Assembly (NCBI GenBank): GCA_965216325.1
Contig: OZ244160.1
Span: forward strand, 1,632,001-1,696,000
Source: Coraliomargarita sp.
GTDB lineage: Bacteria > Verrucomicrobiota > Verrucomicrobiia > Opitutales > Coraliomargaritaceae
Reading direction: 5' to 3'
DNA length: 64,000 nt
In this document: positions 9,218 through 20,797 of the stretch, one piece after another
Layout: each line of letters opens with the position of its first letter
How positions within the stretch are numbered: the first letter of the stretch is position 1
Program-made: the position numbers and the translations under genes
Notes under the pieces: generated by a model
Database searches by the model: none
Seen by the model: only the letters and a program-made list of their open reading frames with translations
What the model was told of the DNA's origin: nothing

Positions 9218-11986
9218 TTAGAGGCTAAGCTCCTTTTGCGAAGGCGCAAACTTAGTCAGGTTGATGCCAACCACGGCATCCTTATACTCATCCATGTTCG
9301 GGATGCGGCCAAGGATTGCGGAAAGCACGACCACCGGAGTCGATGCGAGCAGGGACTCACCCTTCTTGCGCTCGGAGTCTTCCACCACGCGACCTTGGAA
9401 CAGGCGTGTGGAGGTTGCGAGCACGGTGTCACCCTTCGCAGCCTTTTCTTGGTTACCCATACAAAGGTTACAACCTGGACGCTCCAGATACATCATGTTC
9501 TCGTATTCAGTGCGGGCAGTGTCCTTCGGCGCATTGTCGTCGAACTCGAAACCAGAATACTTCTCAAGCAACTCCCAGTCACCTTCCGCCTTCAGCTCAT
9601 CAATGATGTTGTAAGTCGGCGCAGCAACCACCAGTGGTGCATTGAACTCAACCTTGCCCTGCTGAGCTTCGAGGTTCTTGAGCATTTGCGAAACGATCTT
9701 CAAGTCACCCTTGTGCACCATGCAGGAACCGACGAAACCGAGGTCCACCTTCTTATCACCACCGTAGTAGGAAACCGGGCGAATCGTGTCGTGGGTGTAG
9801 CGCTTGGAAACGTCGTCGTTGTTCACGTCCGGGTCAGCAATCATTGGCTCGTCGATGATGTCCAGATCGACCACGAACTCAGCGAAATACTTCGCATTGC
9901 TGTCCGGCATGAGCGCAGGCTTCTCGCCGGAGCGGATCTCAGCGATACGTGCGTCGGCACGATCAACGAGGCCTTGCAGCACCTTCGCGTCGTTGTCCAT
10001 ACCCTTCTCGATCATGATCTGGATACGGCTCTTTGCGATTTCGAGCGATTCGATCAGCGTCTCGTCCTCAGAAATGCAGATCGCGGCCTTAGCCTTCATT
10101 TCTGCAGTCCAGTCAGTGAAGGTGAACGCCTGGTCGGCTGGAAGTGTGCCGATGTGAACTTCGATCACGCGGCCCTGGAAAACGTTGTCACCAAATTTCT
10201 TGAGCATCTGCGCCTGTGTGGCGTGCACCACATCGCGGAAGTCCATGTGGTCCTTCAGGTCGCCCTGGAAAGTCACCTTTACCGATTCTGGGATCGGCAT
10301 GGTTGCCTCACCGGTTGCGAGCGCGAGCGCCACCGTGCCGGAGTCCGCACCGAATGCAACACCCTTGGACATACGCGTGTGGGAGTCACCACCGATGATG
10401 ATCGCCCACTCATCCACAGTCAGGTCATTGAGCACCTTGTGGATCACGTCAGTCATCGCGTGGTATTCACCTTGCGGGTCACGCGCAGTGATCAGGCCGA
10501 AGTTGTTCATGAACTTCATCAGCTTCGGGATATTGGCCTGCGCCTTCTTATCCCAGACAGATGCAGTGTGACAGCCAGACTGGTAAGAACCGTCAACGGT
10601 TGGTGAAACTACAGTCGCTGCCATCGCCTCAAGCTCCTGCATGGTCATGAGACCAGTCGTGTCCTGAGAACCGACGATGTTGACCTTTACGCGGACGTCG
10701 GAGCCAGCGTGAAGCGTGAGCCCCTCAGTCGTGCCGACTGCATTCTTGTTGAAGATCTTCTCAACTGCAGTGAGGCCTTGGTCCTCGTGGGAGATTTCCT
10801 TGGAGGGTGCAAAGACCGCATCTGGAGCCACACCGAGTGTCGCTGCTGCGAAGCTTTGGAGCTTCTTACCGAAGACAATCGCGTAGGAGCCACCCGCCTT
10901 GATGAACTCAACCTTCTGCGGAGTGAGCGCGGAGGAGATGTCGACGAGCTCTTGGTCGCCGTTGTAGAGCTTCTTGGTCTTGGTGTTGATCGTCAGAACA
11001 GTGCCGGTTTCAACCGAGTAAGCTTGCTCCAACACGGCATCGCCGTTCTCGTCGAGCACTGGCTTGCCGTCGGCGTCGAGCTTCTTGACCCAGTTCTTCA
11101 GGTCGATGCCGATACCGCCTGTAACACTGACAGTGGTCAGGAAGATCGGTGAAATGCCATTGGTGCCTGCAACGACTGGAGCGATGTTCACGAACGGCAC
11201 ATAGGGGCTCGCTTGCTTACCAGTCCAGAGCGCGACGTTGTTCACGCCCGACATACGGGAAGAGCCCACGCCCATGGTGCCCTTTTCAGCGATCAGCATC
11301 ACACGCTTGCCCGGATGCTGTGCCTGCAGGCCTTGAATCTCAATTTGTGCCTCCGGAGAGATCATACACTTACCGTGCAGCTCGCGATCGGAGCGGGAGT
11401 GGGCCTGGTTACCCGGGGAAAGCAAGTCGGTAGAGATGTCGCCTTCGGCCGCGATGTAGGTGACGACCTCGATCTCTTCGTCCACATCTGGAAGCTTGGT
11501 GAAGAATTCAGCCTTCGCATAGCTCTCAAGAATGTCCTTGGCGATTGCATTGCCGTCTTTGAAAGCAGTTGCGAGACGGTCGGTATCCGCGTCGTAGAGG
11601 AACACCTGAGTCTTAAGCACATCCGCAGCTTGAGCAGCGATGCCGGCATCATCACCTAGCGCTAGGTCAAGCAGCACCTCAACGGACGGGCCACCCTTCA
11701 TGTGCGAGAGTAGTTCGAACGCGAACTCCGGAGTGATCTCTTCCACGACGGTCTCGCCGAGAATGATTTCCTTCAGAAACGCAGCCTTCACACCCGCGGC
11801 ACTAGTGGTGCCCGGCAAAGTGTTGTAGATGAAAAAGTTGAGGGAGTCCTTACGATGCTCACTCGAGGCATCTTTGATCTGCTCGATAATTGCAGCCACT
11901 AGCTCGCCGCCGTCGATCGGCTTCGGGCTCAAGCCTTGAGCTTTGCGCTCTTCGATTTCTGTTAAATAGTCAGTATATGTGTCCAT
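9218..11986 (-). CDS. acnB: Aconitate hydratase B / 2-methylisocitrate dehydratase
   Basis: STDLLSP, GSSRMSG, GSQDTTG, QSGCH, GGDSHTR, GSCMV, PGCNLCMGNQ, STRLF. Start is 11986 or the GTG at 11995. Confidence 0.93.
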   Translation of the reverse strand: MDTYTDYLTEIEERKAQGLSPKPIDGGELVAAIIEQIKDASSEHRKDSLNFFIYNTLPGTTSAAGVKAAFLKEIILGETVVEEITPEFAFELLSHMKGGPSVEVLLDLALGDDAGIAAQAADVLKTQVFLYDADTDRLATAFKDGNAIAKDILESYAKAEFFTKLPDVDEEIEVVTYIAAEGDISTDLLSPGNQAHSRSDRELHGKCMISPEAQIEIQGLQAQHPGKRVMLIAEKGTMGVGSSRMSGVNNVALWTGKQASPYVPFVNIAPVVAGTNGISPIFLTTVSVTGGIGIDLKNWVKKLDADGKPVLDENGDAVLEQAYSVETGTVLTINTKTKKLYNGDQELVDISSALTPQKVEFIKAGGSYAIVFGKKLQSFAAATLGVAPDAVFAPSKEISHEDQGLTAVEKIFNKNAVGTTEGLTLHAGSDVRVKVNIVGSQDTTGLMTMQELEAMAATVVSPTVDGSYQSGCHTASVWDKKAQANIPKLMKFMNNFGLITARDPQGEYHAMTDVIHKVLNDLTVDEWAIIIGGDSHTRMSKGVAFGADSGTVALALATGEATMPIPESVKVTFQGDLKDHMDFRDVVHATQAQMLKKFGDNVFQGRVIEVHIGTLPADQAFTFTDWTAEMKAKAAICISEDETLIESLEIAKSRIQIMIEKGMDNDAKVLQGLVDRADARIAEIRSGEKPALMPDSNAKYFAEFVVDLDIIDEPMIADPDVNNDDVSKRYTHDTIRPVSYYGGDKKVDLGFVGSCMVHKGDLKIVSQMLKNLEAQQGKVEFNAPLVVAAPTYNIIDELKAEGDWELLEKYSGFEFDDNAPKDTARTEYENMMYLERPGCNLCMGNQEKAAKGDTVLATSTRLFQGRVVEDSERKKGESLLASTPVVVLSAILGRIPNMDEYKDAVVGINLTKFAPSQKELSL

Positions 11987-12197
11987 AGATAGCACACATA
12001 TGTCCTTTCAGGCCTGTATTTTACAAGAAGATTCTCGCGCTGCGGACATGAATCGCTTTCGAATTATTCATCGCACGGATGAATTGATTACGAGAAGCCC
12101 CAGAAGCGTTCACCACTTGACAATCAAAGGCTTTCGGTGAAAAACATTGCCACACCCATTTTCTGGGACGCGACGTTACTCACTTACTATTGGCACT

Positions 12198-13220
12198 GTG
12201 CTGGGACTTATCTCCAACGACATCGGAATCGACTTAGGAACTGCAAACACCCTCGTGTTTGCTAAGGACAAAGGCATTGTCCTGCGCGAGCCCAGTGTGG
12301 TAGCGGTCTACACGTCGACGAAGAAAGTCTGCGCAGTGGGCGCCGAGGCGAAGAAAATGCTTGGCCGCACCCCGGGCAACATCAGTGCCATCCGCCCGAT
12401 GAAAGACGGCGTGATCGCCGATTTTGAGATTACCGAGGCAATGCTGCGCTACTTCATCAACAAGGTGAACCGCACAAAAACGTTTGTAGCTCCCCGTATT
12501 GTGGTCGCAGTGCCTTCGGGCATCACCGAAGTGGAACGCCGCGCAGTGAAAGATTCCGCGATTCGTGCCGGTGCGCGCGATGTGGTGCTGATCGAAGAAC
12601 CCATGGCGGCTGCAATCGGCGTGGGCCTGCCGATCGATGAACCAGCAGCCAACATGATCGTCGATATCGGCGGTGGCACCACGGAAGTCGCGATCATCTC
12701 GCTGGCGGGCGTGGTTTACACCAAGAGTATCCGTGTCGGTGGCGACGAAATCGACAATGCGATCGTCAACTACATGAAGCGTGCCTACAATTTGCTGATT
12801 GGCGAGCGCACCGCGGAAGAGATCAAGATCAAGGTTGGCTCTGCCTACCCACTCGAAGAAGAAATTTCCATGGACGTGCGTGGCCGCGACTCGGTTGCTG
12901 GCCTACCAAAGTCCATTACAATCAGCTCACAGGAGATCCGCGAAGCGCTCTCCGACACAATGGCCTCCATCACCGAGTTGGTTCGCAACGCTTTGGAGCG
13001 CTGCCCACCTGAACTTTCTGCCGACTTGATCGACCGTGGCTTCGTCCTCGCGGGCGGTGGCGCGCAGATTCGCGGCCTGGATCAAAAGCTGAGTGATGCG
13101 ACCGGCCTACCGGTGGTCATTGCCGATTCGCCGCTCACAGCGGTTGCGAATGGCACTGGCTTGGTGCTGCAAGAATTGGCCTTCTTGCTGAAGGACCTCA
13201 CGAGAACCCCTAAAAGCTAG
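12198..13220 (+). CDS. mreB: Rod shape-determining actin homolog
   Basis: IDLGTANT, EPSVVA, IEEPMAAAIG, DIGGGTTEVA. GTG start inferred. Confidence 0.96.
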   Translation: MLGLISNDIGIDLGTANTLVFAKDKGIVLREPSVVAVYTSTKKVCAVGAEAKKMLGRTPGNISAIRPMKDGVIADFEITEAMLRYFINKVNRTKTFVAPRIVVAVPSGITEVERRAVKDSAIRAGARDVVLIEEPMAAAIGVGLPIDEPAANMIVDIGGGTTEVAIISLAGVVYTKSIRVGGDEIDNAIVNYMKRAYNLLIGERTAEEIKIKVGSAYPLEEEISMDVRGRDSVAGLPKSITISSQEIREALSDTMASITELVRNALERCPPELSADLIDRGFVLAGGGAQIRGLDQKLSDATGLPVVIADSPLTAVANGTGLVLQELAFLLKDLTRTPKS

Positions 13221-13229
13221 GCTCCGGAC

Positions 13230-14078
13230 GTGGCGAAACACCGCCTCGATAAATTGAAGCCACTGGTTGCGCTCGGCGTCTTCCTGCTCGCTTGGTGGAT
13301 CGTGCCAACGATCTTCAAATCCTTCCTGAGGATTAGCTTCACAGAATTCCAAGCTCCCTCATGGGTGGCGACGTCTTACCTCAACGACCTCGAGGACTTC
13401 TGGGCCCGTCGCAGCCACTCCAAAGTCGAGCTCATCGAAGCTGGCAAAGAACTAGAGCGTAACAACGCCCGCTACCAAGTGATGGCGCAGCGCTATGAAA
13501 CGCTCGAAGCCGAAGTCGAACGCCTGCAAGCCATTCTCGACCTACCCAATCAGCGCGAGTTTCGCAATGAAGTCGCCCGCGTCATCCGCCGCGATCACAA
13601 CGCGTGGTGGAGCCAACTCATCATACGCAAAGGACGCGACTTCGGCGTAACCGAGGGAGCCGCCGTCATCTTCTCCGGTGGCGTCGTCGGCCGCGTGGTC
13701 GAAGTCAACGCCTTCACCTCCCGCGTCGACCTCATTACCAGCCCGAACTTCCGCATCGCGGCGCAATTTGAGAAAGATCAACGCCCGGTCATTTATCAGG
13801 GTATCCCGCAAAGCAGCTTCGGCGACCCAAGCGGCAGCGTGCGCGATGCGCCACAGGATCTCGTCGCCAATTCCCACGATCCGCTCAAACTGGTCACCAC
13901 CCACTTGGGCGGCACCTTCCCCGCAGGACTGACCATCGGCACTGTCTCCTGGCTCGAACCGGACAGCTCCGGCATTTTTCAAACGGGCGATGTAGTGCTC
14001 GATAAGCGCTTATTAAATCTTCGCGAAGTCACTATCCTGATTCCGCTCAACCCAAGCACCGAGGCCGATGTATTTTGA
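13230..14078 (+). CDS. mreC: Rod shape-determining protein C
   Basis: N-terminal TM, coiled coil, GVVGRV, GGTFPAGLTIG; follows mreB. Confidence 0.9.
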   Translation: MAKHRLDKLKPLVALGVFLLAWWIVPTIFKSFLRISFTEFQAPSWVATSYLNDLEDFWARRSHSKVELIEAGKELERNNARYQVMAQRYETLEAEVERLQAILDLPNQREFRNEVARVIRRDHNAWWSQLIIRKGRDFGVTEGAAVIFSGGVVGRVVEVNAFTSRVDLITSPNFRIAAQFEKDQRPVIYQGIPQSSFGDPSGSVRDAPQDLVANSHDPLKLVTTHLGGTFPAGLTIGTVSWLEPDSSGIFQTGDVVLDKRLLNLREVTILIPLNPSTEADVF

Positions 14079-14598
14079 TCCACGAGGCATCGTTCTGTTT
14101 GGGGCCAATGCACTGCTGCTCCACCTGACCCTCATGGTCAATTCGGCTCTGGCAGGCAGCTCGCTCTATCTACTGCTACTCGGGCCAATGCTTGTGATTC
14201 CGGCGCTCTACATGCGCCACTCCGCTTACTTCCTCTGCACCTTGATTACAGGACTCTGGGTCGATGCAGCACTGCCAACACCATTTGGGCTATTCACACT
14301 AAGCTTCCTTGCCGCCGGAGCGGCGACCTTTGCCCTACGCATGCGCTTTCGCGCCGAGAAGAACTACCACCCAGCGCTCATCGCACACGCGAGCAATGCA
14401 TTCTGCTTTCTCACGCTAACTATCAGCCAGGGCAGCGAGCTTTTTAGCGTATCAACCTTTTGGATACAAGCGGCACTCTCACTGCTGCTCTCTCACCTCG
14501 CGTTGTCCATCATTGCTCCGTGGTTCTTCAACCTCGAGCGCCTGCTCTTCGAAATCTTCCGCCTCGATCCGGACCCCGAAGACCTACCTTTGCTATAG
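14068..14598 (+). CDS. mreD: Rod shape-determining protein D (by position and hydrophobicity)
   Basis: Polytopic 176-aa protein with a GLWVD motif, lying between mreC and mrdA. Confidence 0.7.
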   Translation: MYFDPRGIVLFGANALLLHLTLMVNSALAGSSLYLLLLGPMLVIPALYMRHSAYFLCTLITGLWVDAALPTPFGLFTLSFLAAGAATFALRMRFRAEKNYHPALIAHASNAFCFLTLTISQGSELFSVSTFWIQAALSLLLSHLALSIIAPWFFNLERLLFEIFRLDPDPEDLPLL

Positions 14599-16551
14599 AT
14601 GAGCGACTTCGATGTGCATCGGGGTGAAAATCCCCGCGTTCTCTTCTTTCTGTGGATCATCCTAGCAGCATCCACCGTACTCATCGTCGGACTTGGCTGG
14701 CGCCAACTGATCGCAAAAGACGAGTTCGATGAAATCGAGAAGCGTCAAACCGAACGCCGAATTCTCAAGCCCGGACCACGCGGCGACATTTACGACCGCG
14801 AAGGTCGCCTCCTTGTCGGCAACCGCCCACACTACTCGGCGGTCGTCTACCTCGACGACCTCCGCCCTGAGTTCCGCTCCGAATATTCGAGAATCATCAA
14901 GGCAGAGCGTGCCCGCATTAAGGAAGAATTCGAAGGAACCCCACCAAGCGTCCGCCCCGCTGATCCACCACACCCGAACTATAACGAACTGCAATGGGTC
15001 GCGCGCCAGAACGTGATCCAGCACTACATTGATCTGATCAATTACATAACCGGGCGCGATGATGCCCTCAGGCTCTCGACAATCATCCGACACTTCAACG
15101 AGCGCCTGCTCCTCCCGCTCCCCCTCGTTCAGGACCTGACACCCGATCAGTATGCGCGCTTGGTCGAACAATTGCCCGTCAACTCGCCAGTCAAAGTCCA
15201 CACCGACACCGCGCGCCATTACCCGTATCGCGACCTAGCTGCGCACGTGCTCGGCTATGTGCAGAGCAGACTCCCCGACCCCGAGGAAATCCCCAACGAC
15301 GGCATCAAAACCTTCACCTTTAAAAAGAAGGTCGGAAAAACCGGACTGGAGCGCAGTTTCGACGAACACCTATCCGGCACAACAGGAATGGAGATCTGGC
15401 GCGTCGATCCACTTGGCTTCCAAGACACACGCCTAGAATCTATTACCCCGCAGCAAGGCAACAACCTGATCACCAGCATCGACATCGATCTGCAGCAAGC
15501 CGCCGAAATCGCACTGGGTGAGCGCACCGGAGCGGCCGTGGCACTCGATGTTCAGAGCGGTGAGGTGCTTGCGATCGCAAGCCACCCAACTTACGACCTC
15601 AACCGACTAAGCCCCTACATTCCTCGAGCGACCTTCCAAGAAATCAACGAACTCGGCGCATGGCTCAACCGCAGCGTGCAACTGTCCTACCCACCCGGCT
15701 CCACTTTCAAGTTGATTACCTCGATTGCTGGCCTCCGCAACGGCAGCATCCGCATGGACAGCGAACACGACTGTGGCGGCGTCTATCGAGTCGGTAACCG
15801 TATCTTCCGCTGCCACTCGCGCTGGGGACATGGAGTCACCAATCTCGCAGGCGCGATCGAAGGAAGCTGTAACGTTTTCTACTACGCCGAGGGCCTCAAG
15901 ATGGGTATCGACGTGCTGAGCGCAGAAGCAAAACGCTTCGGTCTCGATCAGAAAACCGGCATCGAACTGCCCTTTGAAACCAGACGCCTCGTCGTGCCCT
16001 CGAAAGACTGGAAGCGCGAGGAGATCGGCGTCGGTTGGGTCCCCGGCGATACCGCCAACACCGGCATCGGTCAGGGCTTCCTTCTCGTGACGCCTCTACA
16101 GATGGCCACGGTCATCGCCTCCATCGCGCGAGATGAAACCCGCACCAAACCAACCTTGCGCGCGCTCTCCCGCGAGCAAGCCATGCAAGTCAACCACGGC
16201 GGCGAACCCATTGGGCTCACTCCCGAGCAAAGGGCACTCCTTTGGGAAGGCATGGAACGTGTGGTCGGTCCCGACGGCACCGGCCGCCTCGTGCAGATCG
16301 ATGGCCTGCGTATCGGAGGCAAAACCGGCACTGCAGACTTCCGTGCGCACGGGCAAGAGGTCAACCTCGCTTGGTTTGTTGGTTTCGCGCCAATCGAAAA
16401 CCCAAAGATTGCGGTCGCCGTGATGGTCGAAGGCACACGAGCCAGCCAGACCTACCAAGGCGGCTCCACCGCAGGCCCTGTGGCTAAAGACATCTTCCTC
16501 AAGTATCTTGAGAAGTTCCCGGAACGCATGGGCTTCGCAGTTGCGGAGTAA
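14599..16551 (+). CDS. mrdA: Penicillin-binding protein 2 (class B)
   Basis: RGDIYDR, RHYP, GKTGLE, SxxK (PGSTFK), SxN (SCN), KTG. Confidence 0.92.
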   Translation: MSDFDVHRGENPRVLFFLWIILAASTVLIVGLGWRQLIAKDEFDEIEKRQTERRILKPGPRGDIYDREGRLLVGNRPHYSAVVYLDDLRPEFRSEYSRIIKAERARIKEEFEGTPPSVRPADPPHPNYNELQWVARQNVIQHYIDLINYITGRDDALRLSTIIRHFNERLLLPLPLVQDLTPDQYARLVEQLPVNSPVKVHTDTARHYPYRDLAAHVLGYVQSRLPDPEEIPNDGIKTFTFKKKVGKTGLERSFDEHLSGTTGMEIWRVDPLGFQDTRLESITPQQGNNLITSIDIDLQQAAEIALGERTGAAVALDVQSGEVLAIASHPTYDLNRLSPYIPRATFQEINELGAWLNRSVQLSYPPGSTFKLITSIAGLRNGSIRMDSEHDCGGVYRVGNRIFRCHSRWGHGVTNLAGAIEGSCNVFYYAEGLKMGIDVLSAEAKRFGLDQKTGIELPFETRRLVVPSKDWKREEIGVGWVPGDTANTGIGQGFLLVTPLQMATVIASIARDETRTKPTLRALSREQAMQVNHGGEPIGLTPEQRALLWEGMERVVGPDGTGRLVQIDGLRIGGKTGTADFRAHGQEVNLAWFVGFAPIENPKIAVAVMVEGTRASQTYQGGSTAGPVAKDIFLKYLEKFPERMGFAVAE

Positions 16552-16617
16552 TTGCTACCCAGAACCTAATAACGCATTGAAGAAGGTTTGGCCCAGTTGG
16601 TGCGAACCATCGATTGA

Positions 16618-16687
16618 GCAGGACAGGAATGCCCTGCCTCCTGAATCAAGTGCCTCTTTTCAAGGAGGACGGACATTCTTGTCCGTC
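16618..16687. repeat. Pair of GGAG-type REP hairpins (family of 43780-43851)
   Basis: Reverse complement GGAGGCAGGGCATTCCTGTCCTGC, then GGAGGACGGACATTCTTGTCCGTC. Confidence 0.7.
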
Positions 16688-16729
16688 TTAAAGCTCATAC
16701 CTTATTCAAAGAGGTATAAGCAGCCAGCC

Positions 16730-16824
16730 GTAGGGCTTTCCTTGGGAAGCCCGAGAGCCGACGGTGCATTTAGACCGACCGGAGTCGCCCGACTCTTCGC
16801 GGGTGGCGCAAGCACCACCCCTAC
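16730..16824. repeat. GTAG REP doublet (REPIN) of the RAYT-flanking family; overlaps the SDR stop codon
   Basis: GTAGGGCTTTCCTTGGGAAGCCCG with inverted GTAGGGGTGGTGCTTGCGCCACCCGCG. Confidence 0.85.
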
Positions 16825-17528
16825 ATCTTGCGAATATCCGCGTAGCTACCGCTTTCCAGTTCCAGCAAACGAGGGAAGACTGCGATCAACTTGCGAGCGC
16901 AGGTTTCACCATCGGGCATGCTCTCGGTGCCCTTGGCAGCCTTCAACACTTCCAACGGTTCATAGCGCTCATCGGCAGGCAGTGCCGTCAGATAGTCCTG
17001 CATCGCGGTATCGACTAAGCCCGGCGCAAAGGAGGTAAAGTGCGTTCGCGGACGCTCGCCGGCATAGAGTTTGATCAACATATTCAAGGCCGCCTTGGAG
17101 AGGCTATAGCCATTCCAGCCACGGCTACCTGAGAGCGATGCACCCGACGAAATCGCCACCACTTGCTTCACCTTACGCCCCGATGCGAAGATCAGGTCCA
17201 ACATCCACTTATTCGCCAACACGTTGATTTCCATGGTCTCGCGGACATCGCTCAGCGGCGTCGCCTGCATGTCGCGAATTTCGCCCAACTTGCCCGCATT
17301 CAAGATGACCCGATGGAGGTGCCCCGCATCGGCCAACAAGCGGCCCACGGCGACACTCGCAGAGGCGGAATCCGACAGATCGACCGACTCAAAAAGCATA
17401 CCTTGATCGATCAAATCCTGTGGCGCACGGCGGCTGCAGCCATACACCCGCGCACCTTGCTCGAGATAGACCTTCGCCAAGCCATAGCCCAGGCCAGAAC
17501 TCACACCAGTAATAAAGACTTTTTCCAT
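16821..17528 (-). CDS. Short-chain dehydrogenase/reductase (benzil/sepiapterin reductase-like)
   Basis: [31 protein letters not shown]. Confidence 0.9.
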   Translation of the reverse strand: MEKVFITGVSSGLGYGLAKVYLEQGARVYGCSRRAPQDLIDQGMLFESVDLSDSASASVAVGRLLADAGHLHRVILNAGKLGEIRDMQATPLSDVRETMEINVLANKWMLDLIFASGRKVKQVVAISSGASLSGSRGWNGYSLSKAALNMLIKLYAGERPRTHFTSFAPGLVDTAMQDYLTALPADERYEPLEVLKAAKGTESMPDGETCARKLIAVFPRLLELESGSYADIRKM

Positions 17529-17670
17529 GTAACTTATTCGTATGCACAACGATATATAAAACACAAACCTACTCTGTATCCGGATCATGAACGCACCACA
17601 AAAACCGCTCCCCATCTACCCGAGCAGCTCGTTTGTTTGGGCGATCCGCGAATCCGCTGAAAACAATCCC

Positions 17671-17742
17671 GTAAGGGCGCGACTTGACGCGCCCGCCCAG
17701 AGCACGGCCTCACCAAACGGGCGCGTCAAGTCGCGCCCCTAC
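17671..17742. repeat. GTAG-family REP doublet
   Basis: GTAAGGGCGCGACTTGACGCGCCCG with inverted GTAGGGGCGCGACTTGACGCGCCCG. Confidence 0.85.
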
Positions 17743-17765
17743 TCCTACAGGACTGAACCCTGCAC

Positions 17766-18550
17766 TTACCCCAGCAACTCAGGGATAGTGAAGTAAAAAG
17801 TACTCCCCTTCCCTTCGGTCGACACCCAGGTCAGATGGCCACCGTGGCGCTGAATGAAGTCCTCACAGAGCAGCAGGCCAAAACCCGAGCCGGATTCCCC
17901 GGAAGTGCCCGTTTTTTATTTCCGGCTATCAATCTTCAGCAGTCGCTCCTGAACCTCGGCGCTCATCCCCATTCCCTTATCACACACCTGAAATTCCCAG
18001 AGCCCAGGCTGACGATAGACACGGATACAAACTTCGCCGCCCTCATGTGAGAACTTGAGCGCATTCGTGATCAGATTCTGAAAGATTCCTTGTAGCATGT
18101 AGCGGTCGGCACGGATCAAGCCTGTGTCGTAGGGCTCCAGCCGCACTCGAATGTTCTTCCGCTGCGCCACGGACTTTAAACGCGAGACTTCAGTCTCCAT
18201 GAGCTCAACGATATCCATCGATTCCAAGCGAAAGCTCACATTTTGCCCATAGCTACGCGTCCATGCGACCAAGTCGGACAGCAAATCATCCGCATCGTGA
18301 GAGGCACGGCAAATCAAACCACTCAATCGCTTCGCCTCTTCGAGATCCCCAGCCTCAAGGCGTTTGTCCAACATCCTGACGATTGCCAATACACCGCAGA
18401 GCGTAGATCGTGCCCCACAATCGAAAGGAGCTTATCCTTTGTATGGTTGAGGGCCTGAAGCCGAATCTCCTCGTCGGTTGGGCTACCGTGGTAGAGGCGT
18501 TCTTCAGTCTGCTCAGGCTCACCCGTAACGGGTGGAGCATAATTCAGGAG
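17766..18550 (-). pseudogene. Decayed cytoplasmic histidine kinase (HisKA + HATPase)
   Basis: H-box KDKLLSIVGHDLRSA is out of frame with NLITNALKFS/DKGMGM (shift near 18395). In-frame TAA at 17916-17918 precedes GTSGESGSGFGL...GKGSTFYFTIP. 5' end uncertain. Confidence 0.85.
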
Positions 18551-18610
18551 CGCCTAGTTGTCGACATAAGCAAGTCTGTATTACAGATCTTAATACTAAG
18601 TCCGACTGAC

Positions 18611-19195
18611 TTAACCACGCCAGGTAAAGGCATGGCACAGCGCAACCGCTGCAGCATCGGACTCATCGTAATGCTTGCCCACATCCATACCCGTCAGGCT
18701 ATAAATCGTGCGGGCCACCTGCTCTTTGCTAGCACGCCCGGCACCAACCACCGCTTGTTTCACACGCAGCGGCGCGTATTCGAATACCGACAAGCCCGAC
18801 ATTACAGCAGCAGCAATCGCAGCACCACGCGCTGCGCCCAAAATCTGTGCGGTCTGAAAGTTTTGCACGTAGATCGTCTGCTCAATCGCAACATGTTGGA
18901 TCTTGTGCTGGTTGATGTAGTCCTCGACCTGATTGCCAATCGCGCCGAGGCACTCCGGCATCGTCAGCGAACGGTGCAGGCGAAGCGTCGAGCATTCGAG
19001 CACCGTCACTTCGTTGGCCGCCTGATAATCGATCACAGCAAAGCCACTGCCCCGCAGACTCGGGTCGATCCCAAGCACCACCCCCTGAAACTTGCCAGGC
19101 AGATCGACGACTGTTTGCGCAGTCTTTTTCTTCGGCCCCGAGGTGCCCTCGCGAGCCACATACTCGGCCCAAAGCTTGCGTGAGGATTTTGCCAT
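18611..19195 (-). CDS. ruvC: Holliday junction resolvase
   Basis: [42 protein letters not shown]. Confidence 0.95.
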   Translation of the reverse strand: MAKSSRKLWAEYVAREGTSGPKKKTAQTVVDLPGKFQGVVLGIDPSLRGSGFAVIDYQAANEVTVLECSTLRLHRSLTMPECLGAIGNQVEDYINQHKIQHVAIEQTIYVQNFQTAQILGAARGAAIAAAVMSGLSVFEYAPLRVKQAVVGAGRASKEQVARTIYSLTGMDVGKHYDESDAAAVALCHAFTWRG

Positions 19196-19944
19196 TAAAA
19201 GATCAGTTTAAGTCCACCCACGATCACAAAGAACCAGATCAAAAACTCAAACACCTTCTGGTTGATCCGCTTCACAATGAGCGGTGCTAGCAAGGCACCA
19301 ACAATAGCGAAGGGCATTAGGCTGGCACTGAGTTGAATCGACTTAAAATCGATGATTCCTAGCTGCATCATAAACGGCACCTTGAACAAATTGACCAAAA
19401 AGAAGAACCATGCCGCGGTGCCGATGTAGGCATACTTGGGCAAACCTGCGGCGATAAAATACAAGGCCGCAACTGGGCCGGCCGCATTGGCAACCATCGT
19501 CGCAAATCCGCCAATGATACCGGTTGAAGCCACAAAGGCCGGATGATGGGGCAAATGATCTTCACCATCATGATTGCGGCGCTGCCACTTGCGAAAGAAG
19601 TGCACCCCGGTCATGGACAGCAAAATAACACCGATCAAGATCCTCACCTGGCCGTCGTCGACTCGGCTAAACACCAACCAACCGATCAAAATCCCAAGCA
19701 CCGTCCACGGCGCAAGCTTCCCGATATAGGACCACAGTGCGTGCTTACGATACACCACAACGGCCACAATATCCGCAGAAATCAAGATCGGCAGCAACAC
19801 CCCAACCGACGCCTTGGCATCGATCGCCAACGCAAACAGCACCACGGTAATATTGCCAACGCCGGGCAGGCCGCCCTTGCCCAAGCCGACGCACAAGGCC
19901 CCCAGAGCGACCACCACTAGCTGCCATACTTCCATAGATTCCAT
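19195..19944 (-). CDS. Sulfite exporter TauE/SafE family membrane protein
   Basis: About 8 TM segments, [25 protein letters not shown]. Confidence 0.85.
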   Translation of the reverse strand: MESMEVWQLVVVALGALCVGLGKGGLPGVGNITVVLFALAIDAKASVGVLLPILISADIVAVVVYRKHALWSYIGKLAPWTVLGILIGWLVFSRVDDGQVRILIGVILLSMTGVHFFRKWQRRNHDGEDHLPHHPAFVASTGIIGGFATMVANAAGPVAALYFIAAGLPKYAYIGTAAWFFFLVNLFKVPFMMQLGIIDFKSIQLSASLMPFAIVGALLAPLIVKRINQKVFEFLIWFFVIVGGLKLIF

Positions 19945-20014
19945 ATACTAAGCTATTCGGAATCAAAATCCGGATCGCAATCGAAATCCGATCTTGTCGT
20001 CCGATCACTCGGAC

Positions 20015-20054
20015 TTTCAAATTTCAGGTTTCAAGTATCAGCCCTCATCCCTCA
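20015..20054. repeat. Degenerate heptamer cluster (TTTCAAG/TCAGCCC family), related to 44963-45081
   Basis: TTTCAAATTTCAGGTTTCAAGTATCAGCCCTCATCCCTCA. Confidence 0.55.
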
Positions 20055-20059
20055 AGATA

Positions 20060-20797
20060 ATGCGTTGGAAATGCACATGCGCCTATGACGGCACCGACTT
20101 CGACGGCTGGCAACGCCAGCGCGGCGGCGAGGCCGTGCAAAACTACATCGAGCGGGCCCTCTCTCAGATTTTCAATCAACCGATTAAAATTCACGGCAGC
20201 GGCCGCACCGATGCCGGCGTCCACGCCCGTGGACAATGCTTCCACTTCGACGGCAACTGGCCCCACAATGGGGGGAAACTGATCCGTGCGCTGCACTCCA
20301 TGCTGCCGGAGACACTGAAGATCACTTCAATCCAGCACGTCTCCGACGACTTTCATGCGCGCCACTCCGCAATCGGCAAGCGCTACGTCTACCGCTACTA
20401 CCTCGGCCGCGCCAACCCCTTGGAACAGCGCTACGTCTGGGCCTGCCGTGATGTGCCAATGAATTTCGAGGCCATGCAAGAAGCCGCCAAGCGCCTAACC
20501 GGCAAGCACGACTTCTCCGCCTACGGGGCGACTCACGGCAAGGACAGTGATCCGAATCCGGTCAAAGACATCTACCGCCTCGATCTCGTTAAAAAAGGTA
20601 AGCACATCACCATGACCACTGAGGGCAGCGGTTATCTCTACCGCATGGTGCGCAGTTTCGCAGGCGCGCTCTACTGGACCGGCCGCGGACGCCTGACCCC
20701 GGACGACATTAGCGAAATCCTCGAGTCCAAGACCCGCACCCAGCGTATCGTCACCGCGCCTGGCACAGGTCTGTGCCTCGACCGTGTGTTTTATTAA
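20060..20797 (+). CDS. truA: tRNA pseudouridine(38-40) synthase
   Basis: [29 protein letters not shown]. Confidence 0.95.
   Translation: MRWKCTCAYDGTDFDGWQRQRGGEAVQNYIERALSQIFNQPIKIHGSGRTDAGVHARGQCFHFDGNWPHNGGKLIRALHSMLPETLKITSIQHVSDDFHARHSAIGKRYVYRYYLGRANPLEQRYVWACRDVPMNFEAMQEAAKRLTGKHDFSAYGATHGKDSDPNPVKDIYRLDLVKKGKHITMTTEGSGYLYRMVRSFAGALYWTGRGRLTPDDISEILESKTRTQRIVTAPGTGLCLDRVFY

Noticed and set aside
9236..10606. 456-aa plus-strand ORF
   Set aside because: Antisense shadow of acnB caused by codon bias.
16508..17038. 176-aa plus-strand ORF
   Set aside because: It reads through REP hairpins and runs antisense to the SDR gene.
18410..19183. 257-aa plus-strand ORF
   Set aside because: Antisense to ruvC and the kinase pseudogene.
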